DNA from: Alphaproteobacteria bacterium
GTDB lineage: Bacteria; Pseudomonadota; Alphaproteobacteria; Rs-D84
NCBI GenBank assembly: GCA_031555055.1
Contig: JAVBUT010000002.1
Span: 75,370-139,369 of the forward strand
Direction: 5' to 3'
Length of the DNA stretch: 64,000 nt
The notes beneath the pieces are model-generated. The model saw nothing but the letters and a program-made list of their open reading frames with translations, was not told the origin of the DNA and did not search any database. A program made the position numbers and the translations under genes. Positions 45,597 through 56,359 of this stretch are shown here, in pieces (position 1 is the stretch's first letter; every line of letters begins with the position of its first letter).

Positions 45597-46260
45597 TAAA
45601 AAACGAAAAATGAAAAATGAAAAATGTTTTCTTTTCGCACTGGCGGCAATTTTTCTTGCGACACCCGTGTTCGCAGATGCTTTGGATTCCGAAATGGAAG
45701 ATGTATCGGCTGACGCAATCGCGGTATATGATACGACCGGAACCGTGTTTCAGCGTATCACCGATCTGGAACAGGAAAAAGTCCTGATGCAATTGGAAAA
45801 AGAAAAAGCACAATTGGATCTGGAACTGGATCGTCTGGCGGCTGAAAAGATCAAGCTGCATATGGAAATCGACACGCTGTCGGGACGCGCCGAAGAACAA
45901 CAGGCCGCGCTGGATGCGGAACGCGCGAAGCTGGAAGCCGAAATGGCAAAGCTGGAGCGGGAAAAACAATCCATGACATCGTCTGGTGAAAAGTCCGCGC
46001 CAGCAGTAGCGGCCAAGGTGCAGAAAGAAGAACCGGTTGAGAATTTGATCGCAAAAAAATATGCGCTGGTGGATATTATCGGCGCGGGCCGGCAATTGCA
46101 GGCGACCGTCCAGGACACCGCGAACGGCCAGCGTAAAAAAATCACCGTCGGAAAAACTATCGACGGATACACTGTCAAATCTATATCTTTGGACGACGGC
46201 GTGACGTTTGCCAAAGACGATATTATCGAAACGCTGAATATCGGCAAAGAAGTAAAATAA
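45586..46260 (+). CDS. secreted coiled-coil protein with PilP-like C-terminal domain
   Basis: Signal peptide CFLFALAAIFLATPVFA and a long coiled coil (LEKEKAQLDLELDRLAAEKIKL...). The C-terminus LVDIIGAGRQLQATV....ITVGKTIDGYTVKSISLDDGVTF resembles type IVb PilP. Confidence 0.4.
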   Translation: MQNNKKRKMKNEKCFLFALAAIFLATPVFADALDSEMEDVSADAIAVYDTTGTVFQRITDLEQEKVLMQLEKEKAQLDLELDRLAAEKIKLHMEIDTLSGRAEEQQAALDAERAKLEAEMAKLEREKQSMTSSGEKSAPAVAAKVQKEEPVENLIAKKYALVDIIGAGRQLQATVQDTANGQRKKITVGKTIDGYTVKSISLDDGVTFAKDDIIETLNIGKEVK

Positions 46261-46264
46261 AGCA

Positions 46265-47905
46265 ATGGAAAACGCATTAGACCAAGTCTTGAATAAAAAG
46301 CGCGAAGCAGGCCAGGCATCCATTCCGGCCGGTCTGGAAAACGCGACGCAAAAAGACATTCTGGATTTTTTGTTTTCTAATAACAACCGGCTGTTGACGG
46401 CGACCGCCGCGGAACTGGAATTGTCCAAGGACACCCAAAATCTGGTCGCATATTTTGACCATGGCGAAATCATAATTTCCCGCACGCACAGATATGACGG
46501 CCGTGTGCTGGCTTTTCTGGAACTGTTGGGCAAAGAAAAACGCCCGATGCTGGCGCCGTATTATTCCGACTTGGGGCTGTTGTCGAATATTTATAAAACG
46601 TACGAAGGCAGGCTGGGCGGTCTAGAGTCCAGATCACGTCTGGATTACGACAACCAGATGCAAAAGGATTTTGTCGATATAATCGCGCGCGCCGCGTCGC
46701 AAAAGGTTTCCGACATACATATCGAAGTTGCCGACCAGACGACGATTTATTTCAGACTGGACGGCAGTTTGCAACCGGTACTGGAATACAATTCCGGGTG
46801 GGGCGAATCATTCGTTCGCGCCGCATTTGCGTCCGCGGATATTTCCAATTCAAACTATGCCCAGAATGAATACCAGTCCGCGCAAAAAGATGGGCGCACG
46901 CCGCTGCGCGGGACCAAGGATTTGTATTTGCCGGGCGGGGTAATCGGTATTCGTATGCAGTTTAATCCGATTGCGTTCGGATCGCGCTATGTCGCTATGC
47001 GCCTGCTGTACGACAACCCCAGTGAAGGGATAAAGACCGAACAGGAATTCGGCGAATATGAACAAAAATTATTAATGCGCCTGCGTTCCTTTCCGACGGG
47101 GATGGTGCTGGTCGCGGGTCCTACGGGTTCCGGTAAATCTACGACGCTGTTCCGCAATATGTCGATGATGCTGAAAGAGCGCAACTATGAAATCAATCTG
47201 ATCACCGTCGAAGACCCGGCGGAACAAAAAATATTCGGTGCGCACCAGATGCCCGTCGTGAATACTTATAACGAAGAACAGCGCGAAGAGAAATTCAACG
47301 AAGCTCTGGCGGCCGCATTGCGCAGTGATCCGGACACGCTGATGGTCGGCGAAATAAGAACGCTGTCGGCGGCGCAATTGACCGTGCGCGGCGCGTTGTC
47401 CGGGCATAATGTCTGGACGACGGTGCACGCCAATTCCGCTATGGCCGCGCTGACGCGTCTGCTGGACATGGGTGTCGAAGGATTCAAACTAAAAGACGAA
47501 ACGATGATGCGCGGATTGGTATCTATGCGCTTGTTTAAAAAACTGTGCCCGTTTTGCCGCGAACGTCTGGCGGATCATCCGAACCATCCCGCGTACAAGC
47601 GCGTGTATGACGCGTTCGGCGAAATCGGCCTGCAACAGGTTTATATCCGCGGCGCCGGGTGCGAAGAATGCAAAGGTGCCGGTACAATCGGCCGTATCAA
47701 GGCGGGTGAGATAATTATCGCGGACAGCGAATTCTTGCGCCGCGCACTGGCCGGCGACACTATTGGCGCGACACGCTATTGGCTGGAAGAGTTGGACGGA
47801 CGCACGCTGAAAGAATCTGCGATGGAACTGATGTTGCAGGGTGTGATCGGCGTGGATGAATTGGAACGCTGGGTCGGATTGCTGGACCAGCCGGGGGTTT
47901 ATTAG
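46265..47905 (+). CDS. GspE/PilB-family secretion ATPase (type IVb PilQ/BfpD/TcpT-like)
   Basis: Walker A GPTGSGKST, Asp box ITVEDPAE, Walker B DPDTLMVGEIR, His box GHNVWTTVHAN and the tetracysteine motif CPFC...CEEC. Confidence 0.85.
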   Translation: MENALDQVLNKKREAGQASIPAGLENATQKDILDFLFSNNNRLLTATAAELELSKDTQNLVAYFDHGEIIISRTHRYDGRVLAFLELLGKEKRPMLAPYYSDLGLLSNIYKTYEGRLGGLESRSRLDYDNQMQKDFVDIIARAASQKVSDIHIEVADQTTIYFRLDGSLQPVLEYNSGWGESFVRAAFASADISNSNYAQNEYQSAQKDGRTPLRGTKDLYLPGGVIGIRMQFNPIAFGSRYVAMRLLYDNPSEGIKTEQEFGEYEQKLLMRLRSFPTGMVLVAGPTGSGKSTTLFRNMSMMLKERNYEINLITVEDPAEQKIFGAHQMPVVNTYNEEQREEKFNEALAAALRSDPDTLMVGEIRTLSAAQLTVRGALSGHNVWTTVHANSAMAALTRLLDMGVEGFKLKDETMMRGLVSMRLFKKLCPFCRERLADHPNHPAYKRVYDAFGEIGLQQVYIRGAGCEECKGAGTIGRIKAGEIIIADSEFLRRALAGDTIGATRYWLEELDGRTLKESAMELMLQGVIGVDELERWVGLLDQPGVY

Positions 47906-47968
47906 TGACAGTGACAGTGACAGTGACAAAAGTGGTCGCTGACACTGACACTGACACTGACACTGATT
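47906..47968. repeat. hexamer-array hairpin filling the ATPase-platform intercistronic gap
   Basis: gtgacagtgacagtgacagtgaca-aaagtggtcgc-tgacactgacactgacactgacactg. It is the twin of 23533-23591. Confidence 0.85.
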
Positions 47969-49039
47969 ATGAACAAACTTGAATTATTTTACGCAAAATG
48001 GTCTTTCCGCTTGAATACAGCTAAGCGGATGGCGCTGTATCGCAAGCTGGCGTCGCTGTTGCGTAATAACTTTACGCTGATGGATGCGCTGGGTCGGATC
48101 GAGCGTGTCGAATCCAAAGGTGGCGCAAAACCGGACGAGCCCTTTGCAATCGTTATGCGCGAATGGCAGAAAAGTCTGGAACGCGGACAGTCTTTTTCCG
48201 ACGCTACGCGCGGATGGGTTCCGGTGAATGAAACGCTGATGATGACACTGGGGGATGTGTCCAAGCTGTCGGTCGCGATCGAAAATGTTGTGCGCGTCGG
48301 GACCGGCGCAACACGGATAAAGCGCGCGATGACATCCGCGGTCGCATATCCGCTGTTTCTGCTGGTGCTGACACTGGGGATTATCATAATGGTCGGGTTG
48401 TACCTGGTGCCGCCTCTGGCCGCGGCCGCGGGGTCTGACATAGTGTGGACCGGCACCGCTGCGTCGCTGGTTTGGGTGGCTGATTTTTCAAAACACTATT
48501 GGTATGTTTTTGCGACCGGATTTTTTTCCGTGGTTTTGGCAGTATGGATCAGTATGCCAATATGGTCGGGACGTCTGCGCACATTGTTTGACAATATCCC
48601 ACCGTGGGGTCTGTATAAAATCCAGATATCCGTCGGATGGCTGATGTCATTGTCGTCTATGGTCGGCGCCGGTGGTGCGGTTCCGGTCGCGATGAAAATG
48701 CTGGCGGACAACGCGAATCCGTATCTGAAAAACATTTTGGAATCGGCGCTGCGGTATATCGCGAACGGTGACAATCTGGGCGCTGCGCTGGCGAATACAG
48801 GGCGTAATTTTCCAAACGAAGAGATAATCGGCGATCTGACAATCTATGCCGACATGAATGGGTTTGATCAGAATCTGGCGCAGATTGCGAACGATTATTT
48901 GGATGAATCCGTCCGTAAAATGGAATCAATTTCAGAAACGCTGAACAGCATTGGCATAATGCTGGTGTCTATCATTATCGGCTGGGTTGTTCTGGGGACA
49001 TTCCAGATGCAGGATCAAATCACCGCCGCTTTGACATAG
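47969..49039 (+). CDS. GspF/PilC-family inner-membrane platform protein
   Basis: 356 aa with two repeats of the T2SSF pattern and three TM segments. It follows the ATPase, as in type II secretion and type IV pilus loci. Confidence 0.75.
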   Translation: MNKLELFYAKWSFRLNTAKRMALYRKLASLLRNNFTLMDALGRIERVESKGGAKPDEPFAIVMREWQKSLERGQSFSDATRGWVPVNETLMMTLGDVSKLSVAIENVVRVGTGATRIKRAMTSAVAYPLFLLVLTLGIIIMVGLYLVPPLAAAAGSDIVWTGTAASLVWVADFSKHYWYVFATGFFSVVLAVWISMPIWSGRLRTLFDNIPPWGLYKIQISVGWLMSLSSMVGAGGAVPVAMKMLADNANPYLKNILESALRYIANGDNLGAALANTGRNFPNEEIIGDLTIYADMNGFDQNLAQIANDYLDESVRKMESISETLNSIGIMLVSIIIGWVVLGTFQMQDQITAALT

Positions 49040-49056
49040 TCAAAGCGGCGGTGATT

Positions 49057-49087
49057 AGTGAATAGTTATCAAGTGAAAAGTGATGAG
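49057..49087. repeat. left 31-bp inverted repeat of the ridA cassette
   Basis: agtgaatagttatcaagtgaaaagtgatgag matches the reverse complement of 49842-49872 at 29/31 positions. Confidence 0.85.
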
Positions 49088-49471
49088 TTATTGTTTTGGT
49101 AAAATCGCCGTGACTTCAATTTCGATTTTTGCGCCACAGCGTGTAAATTTATTAACTTCAATAAGTGTTGAAACTGGTTTGGAATTTTGAAAATATTCTG
49201 CCCGGATTTTTGAAACTATGTCAAAATCTGTCATGTTTGTCAGATATATCACAGCTTTGACAATATCGCCCATTGATGCGCCGGCAAAATCTAGACTTTT
49301 TTGAATTTCTTCAAAGACCATTTTTGTTTGTTCGGCAATATCGTCAGTTGTAACAATTTTGTTTTCATTAACGGGCGGTTGTATGCCGGATACAAATATT
49401 AAATAACAATTTCCGATATCAATTTTTTTTGCCTGGGTATATGTTACTCCGGCGCCATAGTTTTGTATCAT
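49088..49471 (-). CDS. ridA: RidA/YjgF-family reactive intermediate deaminase
   Basis: 127 aa with GIQPPVN, KAVIYLTNMTDF and a C-terminal EIEVTAI. Confidence 0.8.
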   Translation of the reverse strand: MIQNYGAGVTYTQAKKIDIGNCYLIFVSGIQPPVNENKIVTTDDIAEQTKMVFEEIQKSLDFAGASMGDIVKAVIYLTNMTDFDIVSKIRAEYFQNSKPVSTLIEVNKFTRCGAKIEIEVTAILPKQ

Positions 49472-49476
49472 AATAC

Positions 49477-49839
49477 TTACCCTTGGTTTTGCTTGTCTTT
49501 CAAAGTTTTTATTGACGAAGCTAGCATCTTTTCTAATTCCAGATTATCCGAATATATAGAATTAAAACTGATTTCTGTTATAAATCCACCAGCTTTTAAT
49601 CTTTTTAGCCAGAACAAAGTTTCTGCACATTCTTTGGCCGCGATTTGTAACTTGTTTATAAAATCTTTTTTGGACGCTGCCAATGCGGCCTCTGCAATAT
49701 TTGCACCAATGCTTGTGCCAGAGCGTAATATTTGATTTGATAATGTGAATTCTTTCTTTTCGGATAATAAATATTTAGACAGTTTTACAATCCGATCTGC
49801 GAAAAGTTCGCTTTTGTCCCTTAATACGCTAGGTTTCAT
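49477..49839 (-). CDS. four-helix-bundle protein (23S rRNA intervening-sequence protein family)
   Basis: The characteristic segment is QILRSGTSIGANIAEA...K.DFINKL.IA.KE..ET.FWL. Confidence 0.75.
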   Translation of the reverse strand: MKPSVLRDKSELFADRIVKLSKYLLSEKKEFTLSNQILRSGTSIGANIAEAALAASKKDFINKLQIAAKECAETLFWLKRLKAGGFITEISFNSIYSDNLELEKMLASSIKTLKDKQNQG

Positions 49840-49841
49840 AA

Positions 49842-49872
49842 CTTATCACTTTTCACTTGTTAACTATTCACT
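49842..49872. repeat. right 31-bp inverted repeat of the ridA cassette
   Basis: cttatcacttttcacttgttaactattcact, lying 3 nt upstream of the four-helix-bundle start codon. Confidence 0.85.
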
Positions 49873-49873
49873 A

Positions 49874-49919
49874 GAAAATCTTCCATTCATGGTCGTCAGA
49901 CCATGAATGGAAGATTTTC
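49874..49919 (-). terminator. perfect 21-bp-stem palindrome containing the stop codon of the 189-aa gene
   Basis: gaaaatcttccattcatggtc-gtca-gaccatgaatggaagattttc. The right arm encodes the last 7 codons (ENLPFMV). Confidence 0.6.
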
Positions 49920-50465
49920 CAATGTTCCTTCTTCGACCCTTACGTTAATGTCCAGCATCATGAACACGGTGTCGCCGTTGCGCGACGCAGTTTCTGCAAA
50001 TAGATGTGTCGATAAAAGGTGGCTGGTGTTGACAGTCAGCTTTGTTACCAAATGATCGTCGTCCAACAGTGTGTAAATCGGGCCAATATTCTTTGGTGTG
50101 TTTTCGCCGATCTCGTGTTCATTCTGGGGACAGCGCAGACCATCCAAAATCGTCTTGACGCGATTATCGATATCGGATCGCGCGACGCCGACGATTTCCG
50201 GATGAAACAGCTGGATTTCAATTTCCGCCAACAGTTTCAAATTCGGCGTGATTATCGGATTCCAGTCGATTCCGCCGATGTGGCGTGTAGAGATCGGGCT
50301 TTTTGTAGCACCCGGCATCATGTATTTTGTCAGGTTGTTCCAAGGGCTGTGTTCCAACAGCTTTTTCAGCTGGGGGTGAAACTGCATGCGTATATCCGCG
50401 ATATGCTGGGCCCGTTTTTTTGGATTGGTTAAAATATCCCCGAAATACAATAGTTTGAACTTCAT
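49896..50465 (-). CDS. hypothetical protein with weak RusA-like D-x-D-N motif
   Basis: 189 aa. SDIDNRVKTILDGL ... LLDDDHLV recalls the RusA DLDN..K...DAL...DD pattern. This is motif-level only. Confidence 0.4.
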   Translation of the reverse strand: MKFKLLYFGDILTNPKKRAQHIADIRMQFHPQLKKLLEHSPWNNLTKYMMPGATKSPISTRHIGGIDWNPIITPNLKLLAEIEIQLFHPEIVGVARSDIDNRVKTILDGLRCPQNEHEIGENTPKNIGPIYTLLDDDHLVTKLTVNTSHLLSTHLFAETASRNGDTVFMMLDINVRVEEGTLENLPFMV

Positions 50466-50504
50466 AAAAAATCACCTTTGTTTTTGTAAATTATACCATA
50501 TTTT

Positions 50505-50546
50505 TAGTCATTAGTCACTAGTCATTAGTCAATAGTCAATAGTGCG
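50505..50546. repeat. 7-nt tandem array (TAGTCAT family) upstream of gyrB
   Basis: tagtcat tagtcac tagtcat tagtcaa tagtcaa tagtgcg. An inverted partial copy (cgactattgactagttgcta) lies at 50571-50590. Confidence 0.85.
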
Positions 50547-50644
50547 AAAATATGCGATAAATCCAATGATCGACTATTGACTAGTTGCTATAAAATTGCT
50601 ATGTTTCAAGGGCAAAAAACACAATAAGAAAATACAGAAAGTAG

Positions 50645-53059
<2,415 letters not shown>

Positions 53060-53076
53060 TAAAAGGATACAAAGAT

Positions 53077-53448
53077 ATGACTTTATATGAAGAAACAATA
53101 AACTTGGTAAATCAAATTATAACCACAGGATCAAGCGGTATAAACGACAGCAAGAGACTTGCGCTGGTTGTCCGTTTAAAAGAACATCTGCAACGCCCAG
53201 AGGTTGCGATACCACAACGTACATTAAAAGCGAATTTAGAAAGAGTTTTAAACAATCGCCAACATTACATGACGACTTCTGATTTTATAAATGATTTAAT
53301 TATGGTAGTTGATGATTTTAAAAAGAAAACGATTTTATTGGATAAGGCAAAACAAAAAATGAAATCTGTTTCTGATTCTGTCCAAGATTTTACAATCGCA
53401 GAAGACGGTACGATAATCCGACATAATTTCAATGATCGGGAAAAATAA
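53077..53448 (+). CDS. hypothetical protein
   Basis: 123-aa ORF. Its stop overlaps the next start (TAATG). I recognise no motif. Confidence 0.35.
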   Translation: MTLYEETINLVNQIITTGSSGINDSKRLALVVRLKEHLQRPEVAIPQRTLKANLERVLNNRQHYMTTSDFINDLIMVVDDFKKKTILLDKAKQKMKSVSDSVQDFTIAEDGTIIRHNFNDREK

Positions 53449-54206
53449 TGTTCACACGCGAATGGTTTTTTGATCTGGATCGGCGTCTGCGTGATGCCGG
53501 CTTGGATTCAGACCGTTCGACGTTTGATGAAATATTAAAAAATCTTCAACCCGCCGCCGCCAAGGCTATGGCGGGCAAAGAAAGCCGGCTTTTGACACCT
53601 GATGAATTCGCACACGAGTGTATTTACGTAATCCTGGCGTCCGGGTTTTCACAAAAAACCGCCAAACGAAAACATACCGAGATTATGGAATATATCAAAA
53701 AGGCCGGTAAAAATCCAATTTTGGAAGAATTGTTAAAAATTTTTAACAACAAAAACAAAATGAATGCGATTATTAAAATTTGGAACAATCGTGAACGGTA
53801 TCAAAACGACTATTATTCAATTAAAAAAAATCATAAATCAGAAATCATAAATCAGAAATTGACTTTTTTATCCACGTTGCCACACATTGGAAAAATAACC
53901 GCGAATCATCTGGCGCGGAATCTGGGTGAAAACGTTGTGAAATACGATATTTGGATTCAGCGACTTGGTGTTTGCTTTGCAAACAAATTCTCAAATTGCA
54001 ATGTTCAAAGTTCAAATATAGATAATGGTAAACTTTGTCCGGAAATTAAATCCGCATGCGATGAAATGTTTGCGCATTTGTCGCGCGAGACAAATCTGCC
54101 AATCGGATATATTGACGTCGTGTTATGGAAGGCAAGCCAGAATAATTTAATTCCACTCCTGCGGAGTGGTGTCGGCGCTGTTTTGCGCGACGGGGAGGGT
54201 TCATGA
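53448..54206 (+). CDS. helix-hairpin-helix protein, possible DNA-glycosylase-like
   Basis: LSTLPHIGKITANHLARNLG looks like an HhH motif. The gene is translationally coupled to ung and contains a 7-nt array. This is a weak call. Confidence 0.3.
   Translation: MFTREWFFDLDRRLRDAGLDSDRSTFDEILKNLQPAAAKAMAGKESRLLTPDEFAHECIYVILASGFSQKTAKRKHTEIMEYIKKAGKNPILEELLKIFNNKNKMNAIIKIWNNRERYQNDYYSIKKNHKSEIINQKLTFLSTLPHIGKITANHLARNLGENVVKYDIWIQRLGVCFANKFSNCNVQSSNIDNGKLCPEIKSACDEMFAHLSRETNLPIGYIDVVLWKASQNNLIPLLRSGVGAVLRDGEGS
53828..53862 (+). repeat. 7-nt tandem array inside the HhH protein gene
   Basis: aaatcat aaatcag aaatcat aaatcag aaattga, translated as NHKSEIINQKL. Confidence 0.85.
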
Positions 54207-54868
54207 ACGTAAAAATAGAAACCTCTTGGAAAGACGCGCTGTCGGCAGAATTTGATAAAGATTATTGGATCAAGCTGACCGATTTTGTGCGCGGTGAATA
54301 TATGGCGGGCAAGAAAATTTATCCCGCGCCCGCTAATATTTTCAATGCGTTCAACCTGTGTCCGCTGGACGCGGTCAAAGTAGTTATCATCGGTCAGGAC
54401 CCGTATCACGAACCGGGCCAGGCGCACGGCCTGTGCTTTTCGGTGCAAGACGGTGTCGCGCTGCCACCGTCTTTGCAAAATATTTATAAAGAAATAGAAG
54501 CGGACCTGGGGCGCAAATCAATAACGCATGGCGATCTGACCCACTGGGCGTCACAGGGTGTTTTGCTGTTAAATTCTACATTGACGGTTATGGCGCATGC
54601 CGCAGCCAGTCACGCCGGCAAGGGGTGGGAGCAATTTACAGATGCCGTGATCCATGCATTGGCAAACCGGCGCAAAAATATTGTCTATATGCTGTGGGGA
54701 TCATACGCCGGGCGCAAGGCCGAATGTGTAAACGCGGATGAAAATTTGATTTTAAAAAGTGTGCACCCGTCGCCATTGTCTGCGCATCGCGGATTCTTTG
54801 GCAATCATCATTTTTCGCGCGCAAACGAATATTTAACCGCGCATGGCAAAACGCCGATCCAGTGGTGA
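54203..54868 (+). CDS. ung: uracil-DNA glycosylase (family 1)
   Basis: VVIIGQDPYH, GVLLLN and HPSPLSA motifs. Confidence 0.9.
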   Translation: MNVKIETSWKDALSAEFDKDYWIKLTDFVRGEYMAGKKIYPAPANIFNAFNLCPLDAVKVVIIGQDPYHEPGQAHGLCFSVQDGVALPPSLQNIYKEIEADLGRKSITHGDLTHWASQGVLLLNSTLTVMAHAAASHAGKGWEQFTDAVIHALANRRKNIVYMLWGSYAGRKAECVNADENLILKSVHPSPLSAHRGFFGNHHFSRANEYLTAHGKTPIQW

Positions 54869-54869
54869 T

Positions 54870-55430
54870 TTAAAAATTATAACCAATCCCCAGTCCGTAA
54901 AACGCGTACGAATTGTTCGCATAGCCGGTATTTCCGTTGGAAAAATGCTGCATAAATATTTCCAGGTTTGTCTGGGGCGCGATTTTATATCCTGCGAATA
55001 ATTTAAATCCGAATATCAGTTTTGATCCGATACGGTCGTTTTCCTTTGCCTGGAATCCGGCGCCCAGGCCGGTTCCGAAATACCATTTGTTCGTATTATA
55101 CAGCGACACATCTTCGGATATTAAAAACATAGGAATCGAATAGTCCGCCCAGTCCCAACCATATTTGTCAGCGTATCCGATCGTCTGGAATATATTCAGT
55201 GATGCGCGCGCAGGCAATGTAAAGAACGTATTCGGGCGCGAATACTGCAAATGCAACATACTGAACGGGACCCATTGTGTCGGTGGCGGGATTAGAAAAC
55301 CGGAATTTACACCTTGGCCGAAATTAAATGTGATCTGGTTAGAATACTTGCCAAAGAAAGGATTGTCGCCAGCCACGGCTGGCGCGGCGCCGACAAACAG
55401 TGCCAGCAAACATAATGCATTTTTTTTCAT
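54870..55430 (-). CDS. outer-membrane lipid A deacylase PagL-like protein
   Basis: Signal peptide MKKNALCLLALFVGAAPAVA, HFSNG (PagL His/Ser motif) and a C-terminal GLGIGYNF. Confidence 0.55.
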   Translation of the reverse strand: MKKNALCLLALFVGAAPAVAGDNPFFGKYSNQITFNFGQGVNSGFLIPPPTQWVPFSMLHLQYSRPNTFFTLPARASLNIFQTIGYADKYGWDWADYSIPMFLISEDVSLYNTNKWYFGTGLGAGFQAKENDRIGSKLIFGFKLFAGYKIAPQTNLEIFMQHFSNGNTGYANNSYAFYGLGIGYNF

Positions 55431-55482
55431 ATTATAAATATAAATAATTCTGCTGAAAATACAATGGGATACTAATCAACTG

Positions 55483-56079
55483 TTAAAAGTTGTATCCAAC
55501 CCCCAGCCCGATAAAATTATAAGAATAGTTCGCCGATCCGCCGGTATCACCGTTGGAAAAATGCTGGGTGAACAGTTCAATATTCCAGCCGTCTGTTATT
55601 CTGTATCCGGTAAATAATTTGAACGGCAGCAGAAATTTCGTTCCTTCGCGGTCGTTTTGCTGTCCCTGGATCGCGACGCCCGCGCCGACCCCGAAATACC
55701 ATCGCTCTGTATGCAGGAAAATCACATCCCATGATATCATGGCGATCTGGGTCGCATAATCGGACCAGTTCCATTCGAACGTGCCGTTATAGTCGGTATA
55801 CTGGTACTTTGATCCGTATCCGATCGTCTGGATCGCACTGAAATTCTGGCGCGCCGGCAGACGGAATACGGTGACCGGCTGGGAATAGGTCAGCTGGATC
55901 ATATTAAAAGGCACGAACATTTCCGGAACCGGGATCAGACCGAAATTATTGACCCCTTGGCCAATGTTCAGTATGATTTGATTTTGGCGTTCGCCAAATA
56001 TCGGGTTTTTAGGCATGTCAGCCGCACCCGCGTTCGCGATCAGCAGCATGGTTAGAAAAAATACAGTTATTTTACGCAT
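55483..56079 (-). CDS. outer-membrane lipid A deacylase PagL-like protein (paralogue)
   Basis: I prefer the start at ATG 56079 (MRKITVFFLTMLLIANAGA). It has the same HFSNG and GLGVGYNF features and is collinear with the neighbouring paralogue. Confidence 0.55.
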   Translation of the reverse strand: MRKITVFFLTMLLIANAGAADMPKNPIFGERQNQIILNIGQGVNNFGLIPVPEMFVPFNMIQLTYSQPVTVFRLPARQNFSAIQTIGYGSKYQYTDYNGTFEWNWSDYATQIAMISWDVIFLHTERWYFGVGAGVAIQGQQNDREGTKFLLPFKLFTGYRITDGWNIELFTQHFSNGDTGGSANYSYNFIGLGVGYNF

Positions 56080-56163
56080 GTGGACCATATTATAGCATAC
56101 AAACAGTCCTTTCAATAATATTTTTGTATAAAAACAAAACCGGGATAACCCCGGTTTAATTTT

Positions 56164-56238
56164 TGGTAGCGGCGGAGGGATTTGAACCCCCGACCAAAGG
56201 ATTATGATTCCTGTGCTCTACCCCTGAGCTACGCCGCC
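56164..56238 (-). tRNA. tRNA with CAT anticodon (elongator Met or lysidine-modified Ile2)
   Basis: The reverse complement is GGCGGCG TA GCTC AGGGGTA GAGC A CAGGA ATCATAA TCCTT TGGTC GGGGG TTCAAAT CCCTC CGCCGCT ACCA. Positions 1 and 72 pair (G-U), so it is not an initiator. Confidence 0.8.
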
Positions 56239-56359
56239 AGTGCGCCCAATTATAACAGTCAAAAATTAAAAATCAATCATGAATTTTACTAAATCGCGAT
56301 TGAATTTCGCCATTGCATACCTATATAGATCGCATGGAAAAGAATCAAAGGAGAATATC

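Noticed and set aside
45493-46533. 346-aa minus-strand ORF across the pilus-like module
   Set aside because: It is antisense to three plus-strand genes, including the well-supported GspE-family ATPase start region. Its composition (Arg, Phe and Cys runs mirroring the coiled-coil codons) indicates a shadow frame.
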